From Campylobacterales bacterium (GTDB taxonomy: Bacteria; Campylobacterota; Campylobacteria; Campylobacterales; Sulfurimonadaceae), in contig JBBRBK010000004.1 of assembly GCA_038205935.1 (NCBI GenBank), positions 1 through 64,000 on the forward strand: a stretch of DNA of 64,000 nt. The letters are read 5' to 3'. The translations under genes and the position numbers were made by a program. How positions within the stretch are numbered: the first letter of the stretch is position 1; each line of letters starts with the position of its first letter. The notes beneath the pieces are model-generated. The model saw nothing but the letters and a program-made list of their open reading frames with translations, made no database searches and was not told the DNA's origin. Shown here one piece after another: positions 31,769 to 42,618 of the stretch.

Positions 31769-31797
31769 ATTATAGCCAAGTAGCTTCTAATATTCAA
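31769..31797 (-). promoter_or_regulatory. Sigma70 promoter of the S10 operon
   Basis: Minus strand TTGAAT (31797-31792), 17 bp, TATAAT (31774-31769); leader hairpin GTTAGG-CTTGA-CCTGAC. Confidence 0.6.
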
Positions 31798-31889
31798 GGT
31801 TTTAGGGGATAAAAATTGATTTATTATAAAATTTATTTCCTTTTAAAAAGGAAGTGATATAATTTTGAAATCTAAAAAATTGGAATTTT

Positions 31890-32954
31890 ATGGAAATCCT
31901 ACTCGATGAGCTTTATAAAATCGATCTTACATGTAACCATTATGTTGAGCGAAAACTCCAGCTTGATGAAAAAAGTTATCAAATTAGCGGTATAGCGCAA
32001 AGTGGAAAGACAGAACTTGTGAAAGCATATTTGCTTACATGTAAGAAAAACAGTTATCTATATATAGATATTGCAGATGTAAGAATCGAGATAGATGAGC
32101 TCAATCTTTTTCTTCAGGATTTTTGTATAAAAAATAAAATTAGTATTCTAGTTATAGATAACTTCACTCCTGAAGTAAAAATTGTTAATGTTTCACAACT
32201 TATCGTTTGCTCTAGAAAAGATTATGCACTCGATTTTCTCATACCTCAAAAACTCACGCCTCTTGATTTTGAAGAATTTTTGGCTTATGAAAGCAGATAC
32301 GATTCCACTGCCATCTCTCATTATCTTCAGCTTGGAGGGTTTGCGGCACTTCAAAGAGTTTCAGCTGATAACCGTGCAAAATATATTCAAGAGAAGTTTC
32401 GTTATGCTCTTTCGGCTTTAGAGTTTGATATTTTAGTCACCGCAACAAAATCGCTTGGACAAAAACTTTCCGCTTTTAATATTTATGAAAAGCTCAAACT
32501 CAAAAGAAAGATCTCCAAAGATATGCTTTACAAAACTTTTGAATCAATGATTACTGATGGCTATCTTTTTCAGCTCTCAAAAGTGGGCTATCCAAATGCT
32601 ACAAAAAAAATCTACCTCTGCGATATCATTTTTAAAAGTACACTAACAATACAAAAAAACTTTGCCAGAGTTTTTGAAAACATTGTTTTTTTAGAAATCC
32701 TAAAAAATGAAACAGAATTTTTCTATGAAGAGGGAATTGAGTTTTATATTCCTGATAATAGTGAGATCATTTTATGTATGCCCTTTGCGGAGGAGAGGAT
32801 GCTATTTAAAAAGCTCGAATCCATAGAAGCATTCATCTTTTCAAATCAGATTCAAAAGATCACTTGTGTAACGATGAGTAAAGAGGGAGAGATCAGTCAT
32901 CCGATAAGTAAAGTAGAGATGCTTCCATTTTCACAGTGGGCATTAAGTGACTAA
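31890..32954 (+). CDS. AAA-family ATP-binding protein (DUF4143-type)
   Basis: GIAQSGKT Walker A, PLDFEEFL, YLQLGGF, KKIYLCD, FENIVFLE. Confidence 0.75.
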   Translation: MEILLDELYKIDLTCNHYVERKLQLDEKSYQISGIAQSGKTELVKAYLLTCKKNSYLYIDIADVRIEIDELNLFLQDFCIKNKISILVIDNFTPEVKIVNVSQLIVCSRKDYALDFLIPQKLTPLDFEEFLAYESRYDSTAISHYLQLGGFAALQRVSADNRAKYIQEKFRYALSALEFDILVTATKSLGQKLSAFNIYEKLKLKRKISKDMLYKTFESMITDGYLFQLSKVGYPNATKKIYLCDIIFKSTLTIQKNFARVFENIVFLEILKNETEFFYEEGIEFYIPDNSEIILCMPFAEERMLFKKLESIEAFIFSNQIQKITCVTMSKEGEISHPISKVEMLPFSQWALSD

Positions 32955-32970
32955 AAGCTACAATTTTTTT

Positions 32971-33528
32971 ATGAAAAATAGTACTTTATGTGGAATCGAT
33001 GAAGCAGGACGCGGGCCTTTGGCGGGTGATCTTGTGATGGCTGGATGTATCTTACATGTAAATGTTGATGGTTTAAATGATTCCAAAAAACTCACGCCAA
33101 AAAAACGCGAAGAGCTCTATGAAAAGATCATACTCTCAAGCACTTATCATATAGTAAAATTCAGCGCTTCTCTCATTGATGAGATTGGAATATCCAAATG
33201 TCTTAAAAGTGGACTCGAAGAGATACTGCAAAATATCAAAGCAACAAACTATCTTTTTGATGGAAATACTAACTTTGGCGTCAAGGGTTTAGAAACGCTT
33301 ATCAAAGCCGATGCGACCATTCCTGAAGTCAGTGCAGCGTCCATTCTTGCAAAAGTAGCCCACGACAGAGATATGATGGAGTTAGACAAACTCTATCCAC
33401 AGTATAAATTTGCCTCGCATAAAGGATACGGAACCGCCCTACATGTAGAGATGATAAAACTTCATGGTTACAGCCCTGTACATAGACGAACCTACAAGAT
33501 CAAAGCACTCGAAGCAACTCTGTTTTAA
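32971..33528 (+). CDS. rnhB: Ribonuclease HII
   Basis: GIDEAGRGPLAG, LNDSKKL, AASILAKV, HKGYGT, HRRTY. Confidence 0.96.
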   Translation: MKNSTLCGIDEAGRGPLAGDLVMAGCILHVNVDGLNDSKKLTPKKREELYEKIILSSTYHIVKFSASLIDEIGISKCLKSGLEEILQNIKATNYLFDGNTNFGVKGLETLIKADATIPEVSAASILAKVAHDRDMMELDKLYPQYKFASHKGYGTALHVEMIKLHGYSPVHRRTYKIKALEATLF

Positions 33529-33558
33529 AAGCTTTACATGTAAGGTATAATCCTTTCT

Positions 33559-33786
33559 ATGAAATCGATAACATATATAGAGCAGGCGCTCGCGGAATTA
33601 GACAAAGAGGTTGAAGCAACGCTTCTAAACATCAAGCTTTCTTTAAAAGAGAAAGACAACGTTATGCTTCCAATGTTGCTACAAAAAAAAGTTTTGAAAC
33701 AAACATTAGAAGATTTGACTTATCTTAAAGAACATCCGCCAACTCCAGATCAACCGTGTGGGATCTCCAAATACAGAGAAGATTAA
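33559..33786 (+). CDS. Hypothetical protein
   Basis: 75-aa ORF preceded by TATAAT 33546-33551; helical, ends PCGISKYRED. Confidence 0.65.
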   Translation: MKSITYIEQALAELDKEVEATLLNIKLSLKEKDNVMLPMLLQKKVLKQTLEDLTYLKEHPPTPDQPCGISKYRED

Positions 33787-33859
33787 ACAATCTTCTCTCT
33801 CTTCTTGTTGAATTCTTTTGTAATATAATCAGTATATTTATAGTTTTTTAGAGGGTTTT

Positions 33860-34038
33860 TTGTATGAAGATTGTGTGTGATTTTAAAATGAAGTACTCCC
33901 CTCCAGATACCTGCGGCACATAACAAGACGGAGTGTGCTGCTGTATTCCTACCCTGACACATTACCCCGCAATACCATTGCACAGGTCTAAAGGAGAGCG
34001 TTCAAAACACAGACTTGTATGTTCTGAGCGCTTTTGAG
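33860..34038 (-). ncRNA. ssrS: Probable 6S RNA (ends approximate)
   Basis: GC-rich island in an AT-rich spacer. The minus strand folds as a long rod (CTCTCC..AGA / TCTGGAGGGGAG; GTGTTTTGAA / TTTAAAATCAC). Internal GGGTAGGAATACAGCAGCAC...GTGCCGCAG resembles epsilonproteobacterial 6S RNA, recognised from memory only. Extended -10 TGCTATACT at 34045-34053. Confidence 0.7.
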
Positions 34039-34095
34039 AGTAGAAGTATAGCAAAAAAAATTTAATTTAAAAGAATAATCTGATAAAATCTCTGC

Positions 34096-34884
34096 ATGTT
34101 ATATATCACCGTAGCACTCAGTGCCGAAGCCAGACCACTTATAGATCATTTTAAACTCACAAGAACTTATACTTTACCCTACACAATGTTTGAAAATGAG
34201 CAGATAAAACTCATTGTCACAGGAGTGGGAATAGAGAACGCCATGATGGCAACAAGCGCTCTTTTAGGGCATTTTCCACCATCTAAAACCGATCTGCTTC
34301 TCAATCTCGGAATCTGTGCCGCACCGAAAAACTTTGAGATAGGTGAGGCGTTTTTAGCGCATAAAATCTGTTACAAAGATGGATTCTATTTTCCAGATAT
34401 TTTATTTGAGCACTCGTTAAAAGAAAGTGATATTCAGAGCGTCGATGAACCAACACAAGAGATGCTAGAACTTCCCGCAGATATGGAAAGTTACGGCGTT
34501 TATAAAGCGGCTTCACGATTTTTCAGCACCCATCAAATGCTTTTTTTTAAGGTTGTCTCTGATCATTTTGAACCTTTACATGTAAACAAAGAACTTGCCA
34601 TTAGTCTCATCTTTCAAAATCTAAAAAATCTTGACGCAGTGCTTCACTCAGCTGCTTATGTGAGTAACAAAGATCCTCTTTTTTCGCAAGAGGAAAAAGA
34701 GCTTATAGCTAGCATCTCAGATCATCTTACAAAAGCCCAATCTGATAGTTTTTATGATGCTTGCTGTTACTTCAAACTCCACCATAAAAAACCTTTACAT
34801 GTAGAGCTTCCAAGCAAGGAAAAACTATCCAAAAAAGAGAGGAGCGAGTATCTTGAGTCACTTATCAAAACCCTCACACTGTGA
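34096..34884 (+). CDS. Nucleoside phosphorylase / MTA-SAH nucleosidase-fold protein
   Basis: VAL.AEA, IVTGVG, LNLGICA, ADMESYG, KVVSD motifs. Confidence 0.7.
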   Translation: MLYITVALSAEARPLIDHFKLTRTYTLPYTMFENEQIKLIVTGVGIENAMMATSALLGHFPPSKTDLLLNLGICAAPKNFEIGEAFLAHKICYKDGFYFPDILFEHSLKESDIQSVDEPTQEMLELPADMESYGVYKAASRFFSTHQMLFFKVVSDHFEPLHVNKELAISLIFQNLKNLDAVLHSAAYVSNKDPLFSQEEKELIASISDHLTKAQSDSFYDACCYFKLHHKKPLHVELPSKEKLSKKERSEYLESLIKTLTL

Positions 34885-35869
34885 CTTTTTCTCTCATCTT
34901 TACATAGAAGAAAGCGTCAAAGAAGAGGCGCTTACATGGAAGATAATGCAGAAGTTTTCAAACTCCAAAATCATCTTTATCAAACACTACAAAGATCTTT
35001 TCAACCGTCCAAATCAGGATTTTGGAGTGCAAAGTAAAAGTAAAAATCTTATCTTAGCGCGAAGAGAAGCACCTTTTTTGTATGAAGGTTCTTACTACAG
35101 CGACGGTTTTGAGTATGAACATTTCTTTTACACACCCTCAATTTTGGGCTGTTTATATGACTGTGAATATTGCTACCTCAGCGGAATGTATAACTCCGCA
35201 AACAGTGTCTTTTTTGTTAATACTCAGGATTTTTTTGACGCTGTTTTGCCTTATCTTGATAAACCTACACTTATTGCAATCTCTTATGACACCGACACTT
35301 TAGCCATTGAATCTCTCACTTCACACACAAAAGAGTGGATAGAGTTTGCTGCAAAACATCCAAATCTCCATCTTGAAGTGCGTACAAAAAGTGCAAACTT
35401 TAAAGCACTTAAATCTCTTACATGTAACGATAATGTTGTTCTCGCATGGACACTTTCACCTCAAAAAATTATCGATTTGTATGAACATAAAACACCCTCT
35501 CTTGATAAAAGACTAAACTCCATCAAAGAGGCGATAGACGCTGGCTGGAGAGTGCGAGTCTGCATCGATCCTGTCATCTATAATGAGGAGTTTAATGAAC
35601 TGTATCCGCCTCTTATCGATAAACTTTTCAACACAATCGATGCCGATAAACTTTTTCAGCTGACACTCGGAAGTTTTCGTATGAGCTCAACGCATCTTAA
35701 AAAGATCAAAAAATTGCGAAGAAGCGACATCGCTTTTTACCCTTATGAGGTTAAAGACAATATCGTTTCTTATGGCAAAACCATTGAGCAAAACATCTTA
35801 CATGTAATGATACAACATGCTACAAAATATATCGACAAAGAGAGGATTAGAACATGGCAACTGCAGTAG
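34853..35869 (+). CDS. Spore photoproduct lyase (SPL)-family radical SAM protein
   Basis: GCLYDCEYCYL CxxxCxxC, DTLAIE, EVRTKS, WTLSP, EHKTPSL..RL, DPVI; start uncertain. Confidence 0.85.
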   Translation: MSHLSKPSHCDFFSHLYIEESVKEEALTWKIMQKFSNSKIIFIKHYKDLFNRPNQDFGVQSKSKNLILARREAPFLYEGSYYSDGFEYEHFFYTPSILGCLYDCEYCYLSGMYNSANSVFFVNTQDFFDAVLPYLDKPTLIAISYDTDTLAIESLTSHTKEWIEFAAKHPNLHLEVRTKSANFKALKSLTCNDNVVLAWTLSPQKIIDLYEHKTPSLDKRLNSIKEAIDAGWRVRVCIDPVIYNEEFNELYPPLIDKLFNTIDADKLFQLTLGSFRMSSTHLKKIKKLRRSDIAFYPYEVKDNIVSYGKTIEQNILHVMIQHATKYIDKERIRTWQLQ

Positions 35870-36549
35870 TTACAGGCGCGAGCCGAGGGATCGGAGAAGC
35901 ACTCTCACAGAGACTTTTAGAGCTTGGTTATAACGTAATCGGAATTAGTAGAACTGTTCATGAAAATCCTATTCATCATGCAAACTTCAAACCGCTTTCA
36001 TGCGACCTCAGCGATGAAATTATGACAGCTTCTATCCTAACACTTTTACAAACTGACCCATCTATAACCATCCTTTGCAATGTCGCTGGATTTGGCATTT
36101 TTGAGCCGCATGAAGAGATCGATGCACAGACCATCACAAAAATGGTCACGCTTAACCTCACAGCTCCTATGATGCTGAGTAACGGACTTTTAAGGGCGTT
36201 AAAATTCAATGAAGGGATCATCTTCAATATTACTTCCATCGAAGCCCTTCGCCACTCCAAGTTTTCAGCTATCTACACAGCGACAAAAGCCGGTCTTCGT
36301 GCGTTTAGTCTCTCGCTTTTTGAAGAGGTAAGAAAAAGCGGAGTCAATGTCGTGAGCATAAATCCAGATATGACAGCGACCTCTTTCTTTGATGAACTCC
36401 GCTTTGAGACTTCACAAGAGTTTGACAAACGCCTAGAAGCCGAAGATATAGCCGATACAGTCCAAAATATTCTTCAAATGAGAAACGGCGTCGCAATTAC
36501 AGATATTACGATTCGTCCGCAAAAATTTGGTATTGAGAAGAAAAAATAA
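35854..36549 (+). CDS. Short-chain dehydrogenase/reductase
   Basis: TGASRGIG, NVAG, YTATKAG. Confidence 0.9.
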   Translation: MATAVVTGASRGIGEALSQRLLELGYNVIGISRTVHENPIHHANFKPLSCDLSDEIMTASILTLLQTDPSITILCNVAGFGIFEPHEEIDAQTITKMVTLNLTAPMMLSNGLLRALKFNEGIIFNITSIEALRHSKFSAIYTATKAGLRAFSLSLFEEVRKSGVNVVSINPDMTATSFFDELRFETSQEFDKRLEAEDIADTVQNILQMRNGVAITDITIRPQKFGIEKKK

Positions 36550-36554
36550 TCCTC

Positions 36555-36569
36555 TGGAATCTTTTTTGC
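36555..36569 (+). promoter_or_regulatory. Sigma54 (-24/-12) promoter upstream of fliD
   Basis: TGGAAT-CTTTT-TTGC matches TGG(A/C)A(C/T)-N5-TTGC spacing. Confidence 0.6.
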
Positions 36570-36574
36570 TTTGT

Positions 36575-36601
36575 TAAACAATAACAAAACTCTGTCGATA
36601 G
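36575..36601 (+). promoter_or_regulatory. Sigma28 (FliA) promoter upstream of fliD
   Basis: TAAA-N15-GTCGATAG. Confidence 0.7.
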
Positions 36602-36640
36602 TAGCTTCAGAAACAAATTATAGATTTTAAAGGATTTATT

Positions 36641-38374
36641 ATGGCAACTGGGGTAGTAAATTCACTCGGTATCGGTTCTGGTGTTTTAACTTCAAATGTT
36701 ATCGATCAGTTAAAGGCAAATGATACTGCGCATTTGATCACACCTATTGATAAAAAGATCACAGTCAATACACAAAAGCAGCAAGATATCAATCTTTTAC
36801 AAAGTTTAGTTTCCTCTTTTAGCGGTTCTGTTTCCGCTTTGAGCAGTAGCTCTCTTTACCAAAATAGAACAGTTACCGGTTCCAATACTGGTGTAAGTGT
36901 TACTGCAAGTGCGGGTGCGGATATACAAAATTTTTCTATTTCTAATACAAAACTAGCGACGAGTGATATTTTACAATCTGGTAGTTTCAGTGATCCTACA
37001 GCTCTAATAGCTCCAACAGCGCCAATAGTGCCACCAGGAACGCCAGCAAAGCTTAACCTTAACATCAATGGTAAAGACTATAAAATCGATTATGACTCAA
37101 GTACGACATGGCAGGCTCTTCGAACAAGCATTACTGACGCTGCCGGAGCAGATGTAAAAGCTAGCGTTTTACAGACTGGAAATGGTGCATATAGCCTCGT
37201 ACTGAGTTCAAACAATACAGGCAAAAATCAACAGATCACATTAACTGATCTCAGCGGAAAGATAGACTCAAAGCTTTTGGGAAGCACTCTTCAGTCAGGA
37301 GCATTTGCTTTAAGTTCCGATTTTATTGCTACCACAGGACAGAGTGGTTCTCTCACCCTTAGTACGGGGGGAACAATTAACTACCCAATAAACACAAGTG
37401 TCACCGATCTTGCAAATTTGATCAATAATGATCCGACGGCTAGTGCCAATGTTACGGCACGCGTTATACAAAATGATGTCGGTACATACAATCTTGTTTT
37501 AAGTGCTAAAGGTAGCGCACAAGGTGCTCCTGTCTCACTCACCGATAATAGTGGCACTTTAAATGCACAACTACAAATACCAGCTGTCACATCAACAACG
37601 GGTGGAGCTTCTGATATTCAGTCTGCTTCAGATGCTTCTTTTTTATATAATGGAATCAATATCACAAGAGGTTCCAATACTATCACAGATCTAAGCTCAG
37701 GAGTTACCATCAACTTGTTGACGGATAATTCTAGTACAAATATCGGTATTACTCAAGATACACAGCCTATCAAAGATGCAATGTCGAATATGACAACTAG
37801 CTATAATACTATGCTAAAACAGCTCCAAACTTTAACAAATAGTAATAAAGCAAACGGTGCGATTGGTAGTTATAGCGGAGACAGTACGCTCAATGGCATT
37901 GACAGAGCAATCAAAAATATTTTGACATCTGTAGATCCATCCAGCGGACTTGGATTAACACAATATGGTCTCAATATCAATCAAGATGGATCACTGAGCT
38001 TTGATTCCACAGCTTTCGATACGCAAAATACGGCAAATTCAAATGCACTTGCTTCCTATTTTAGCGGTGGCACAACAGTAGATGCTCAAGGTAAATCTAC
38101 TACATCTGTTGGAGTGTTCAACACCCTTCATAGTGATCTTAGTAGTCTTACGAATACAACGAACGGAACACTTACAAATCTATTTACAGGGCTTACAACG
38201 CAGGAAACTACACTACAAGCAAACAAAACGAGGGCTATGGATCTACTCAATGCCAGATACACCACACTTACTAGTAAATTTATCGCGTATGATGCAATGA
38301 TAAGCAAACTAAACAATCAATTTTCTTCTCTTTCACAACAGATATCGATGGCAGTAAACGGAACAAACAAATAA
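36641..38374 (+). CDS. fliD: Flagellar filament capping protein
   Basis: SLGIGSGVLTS.VIDQLK N-terminus, NTITDL..GVTINL, C-terminal RY..L..KF.AYD..ISKLN; followed by fliS. Confidence 0.93.
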   Translation: MATGVVNSLGIGSGVLTSNVIDQLKANDTAHLITPIDKKITVNTQKQQDINLLQSLVSSFSGSVSALSSSSLYQNRTVTGSNTGVSVTASAGADIQNFSISNTKLATSDILQSGSFSDPTALIAPTAPIVPPGTPAKLNLNINGKDYKIDYDSSTTWQALRTSITDAAGADVKASVLQTGNGAYSLVLSSNNTGKNQQITLTDLSGKIDSKLLGSTLQSGAFALSSDFIATTGQSGSLTLSTGGTINYPINTSVTDLANLINNDPTASANVTARVIQNDVGTYNLVLSAKGSAQGAPVSLTDNSGTLNAQLQIPAVTSTTGGASDIQSASDASFLYNGINITRGSNTITDLSSGVTINLLTDNSSTNIGITQDTQPIKDAMSNMTTSYNTMLKQLQTLTNSNKANGAIGSYSGDSTLNGIDRAIKNILTSVDPSSGLGLTQYGLNINQDGSLSFDSTAFDTQNTANSNALASYFSGGTTVDAQGKSTTSVGVFNTLHSDLSSLTNTTNGTLTNLFTGLTTQETTLQANKTRAMDLLNARYTTLTSKFIAYDAMISKLNNQFSSLSQQISMAVNGTNK

Positions 38375-38399
38375 TTAATAAACAGTAAGGAATATCATT

Positions 38400-38777
38400 A
38401 TGTACCAAAATAACGCTTACAACACATACACGCAGAACAATTTCGAGATAGAATCTCCTCAAAAACTCATTGAGATGCTCTATGAAGGTATTCTCCGCTT
38501 TAATACGCAGGCAAAACGAGCTATCAAAGACAACAATATAGAGAAACGTACGTACTGGATCAATCGTTCAAATGCAATATTTATAGAACTACTGAATATT
38601 TTAGATGTTCAAAATGGTGAAAAAGCTGCAAAGTATTTGCATGGTCTTTACACTTATCAACTTACTCTACTAATCAAGGCAAATATGCAAAATAATGCTG
38701 ATCATCTCGATGAAGTTAATAGCGTTATAAGAGGACTTCTTGAAGCGTGGAGAGATGTGACGAATGTGGCTGGGTGA
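38400..38777 (+). CDS. fliS: Flagellin export chaperone
   Basis: AYNTYTQN, SPQKLIEMLYEG, LYTY, LLEAW. Confidence 0.95.
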   Translation: MYQNNAYNTYTQNNFEIESPQKLIEMLYEGILRFNTQAKRAIKDNNIEKRTYWINRSNAIFIELLNILDVQNGEKAAKYLHGLYTYQLTLLIKANMQNNADHLDEVNSVIRGLLEAWRDVTNVAG

Positions 38778-39018
38778 GTTTAAAGTTGCCATTATCACAA
38801 AAGATATACAAAAGATAGATAAGTTGATCCCCCAAATGCCACAATTTGAAGCGCTCGACGAGATGCAGGAAGCTTTTTATCTTTTCAAGCAAGCAGAGGA
38901 GCTTCTGCACAATCTTAAAGATGAAACAGCCATCGCCATGAAAAAAGTCAAAGACTCGATTCGCTACATGGAGTCAACAAGTATAGATGCCGCTCCAAAA
39001 CTTGATATAATGCAATAA
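38764..39018 (+). CDS. Small helical protein after fliS (FliT position)
   Basis: Overlaps the fliS end; 84 aa, predicted helical. Confidence 0.65.
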   Translation: MWLGEFKVAIITKDIQKIDKLIPQMPQFEALDEMQEAFYLFKQAEELLHNLKDETAIAMKKVKDSIRYMESTSIDAAPKLDIMQ

Positions 39019-39025
39019 ACAATAA

Positions 39026-41186
<2,161 letters not shown>

Positions 41187-41190
<4 letters not shown>

Positions 41191-41639
41191 TTTTTAAGCC
41201 ATTTGGCTAAAAATGCATTCAGCTGATTTGCAAACTCGTGGGCATCTTTTTGACTAAATGGCTTTGGTCCTCTTGTCATCTCTCCACTCTCACGGATCGA
41301 CTCCATTAGATTCCTCATCGCAAGATATTGTTTTATATTATCCACGCTGTAAAGCTCGCCACGATGGTCAATGGCGTGAGCATTTTTCGCTATCACGCGG
41401 TCTGCTAGAGGGATATCGGCTGTAATCACCAAATCCCCAATCTCCACCATTTCCACTATTCTGTGGTCAGCTTCATCTGCGCCCTGCTCCACAATAAGAT
41501 AGCTCACAAATCCAGAATCTCCAATATTTATCTTCTTATTTGCCACCACAAAAGTCTCTAAAGCGAGTCTTTCAATACTTCGTAGCACAATGGGTTTTAA
41601 GAGATTTGGAAAGGCATCTCCGTCGATAAAGAGCCTCAT
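41187..41639 (-). CDS. YaiI/YqxD (DUF188) family protein
   Basis: IDGDAFP, ADEADHRI, GDLVITADIPLA. Confidence 0.88.
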
Positions 41640-41834
41640 CTAACCGTATATCTCAGCAACGCGACCGACCTCTTTGCTCATAAGACGCACTTTAATGCCG
41701 TGAGGATGAAAAGTGGAATTTGTCAAAATATCGCGAACCACACCGTCTGTTAATTTTCCCGTGTCTTGGTCTTGCTTTAAAACTATAGCCACACGTATGC
41801 CGCTTCGTATATTTTTACGCTCTCTTCTGTCCAT
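41640..41834 (-). CDS. YwbE (DUF2196) family protein
   Basis: IVLKQDQ.TGKLT.GVVRDILT.S..HPHGIKVRL...VGRV. Confidence 0.88.
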   Translation of the reverse strand: MDRRERKNIRSGIRVAIVLKQDQDTGKLTDGVVRDILTNSTFHPHGIKVRLMSKEVGRVAEIYG

Positions 41835-41919
41835 TTGATTATCCTATATTAGACTATATGTAGCTATAATTATACTCTATGTTAACATACGATTGAATTT
41901 TTAAAAAGATGGTGAAAAG

Positions 41920-42618
41920 ATGAGTAGTATTTGTATTATTCCAGCGCGTGGTGGAAGTAAAAGAATCCCTAGAAAAAATATCAAAGAGTTTTTTGGAAAA
42001 CCACTTATCGCTTACTCCATAGAAGTTGCTCTTGAATCCAAACTTTTTGATAAAGTACTCGTTTCAACCGATGATGAAGAGATAGCAGAAGTTGCAAGAA
42101 AATATGGTGCACAAGTACCATTTTTACGACCAAAAGAGTTGAGTGATGATTTTACTGTTACAAAAGATGTCATCGATCATGCCCTGAATTATCTCAAAGA
42201 AAAAGGCGAGACTTACGACTACTTATGTACCCTCTACGCCACAGCACCTCTTCTTCAATCCAAATACCTCATTGAAGGGTATGAAAAACTAAAAAATAGT
42301 GATGCCGTAAATGTATTTAGTGCCACTTCCATGCCCTTTCCAATTCAAAGAACTTTTAAGCTCACAAAAGATGGAAGATGTGAGATGTTCACACCAGAGC
42401 ATTACTTAACAAGAAGCCAAGATTTAGAAGAAGCTTATCAAGATGCGGGTCAATTTTACTGGACAAAGCTCCATGAAAATTCAAAAGAGATTATGTTTGG
42501 AAAAGATAGTATACCTATCATCCTACCCCGATATTTGGTTCAGGATATCGACACTTTGGAAGATTGGCAGAGGGCTGAGTTTATGTATGAAGCGATACAA
42601 AGATCAAAGCAATCATGA
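41920..42618 (+). CDS. pseF: Pseudaminic acid cytidylyltransferase
   Basis: IIPARGGSKRIPRKNIK, YATAP, RSQDLEEAYQDAGQFY, QDIDT.EDW. Confidence 0.93.
   Translation: MSSICIIPARGGSKRIPRKNIKEFFGKPLIAYSIEVALESKLFDKVLVSTDDEEIAEVARKYGAQVPFLRPKELSDDFTVTKDVIDHALNYLKEKGETYDYLCTLYATAPLLQSKYLIEGYEKLKNSDAVNVFSATSMPFPIQRTFKLTKDGRCEMFTPEHYLTRSQDLEEAYQDAGQFYWTKLHENSKEIMFGKDSIPIILPRYLVQDIDTLEDWQRAEFMYEAIQRSKQS

Noticed and set aside
33783..33983. 66-aa minus-strand ORF
   Set aside because: It coincides with the structured probable 6S RNA and has no RBS or protein-like features.
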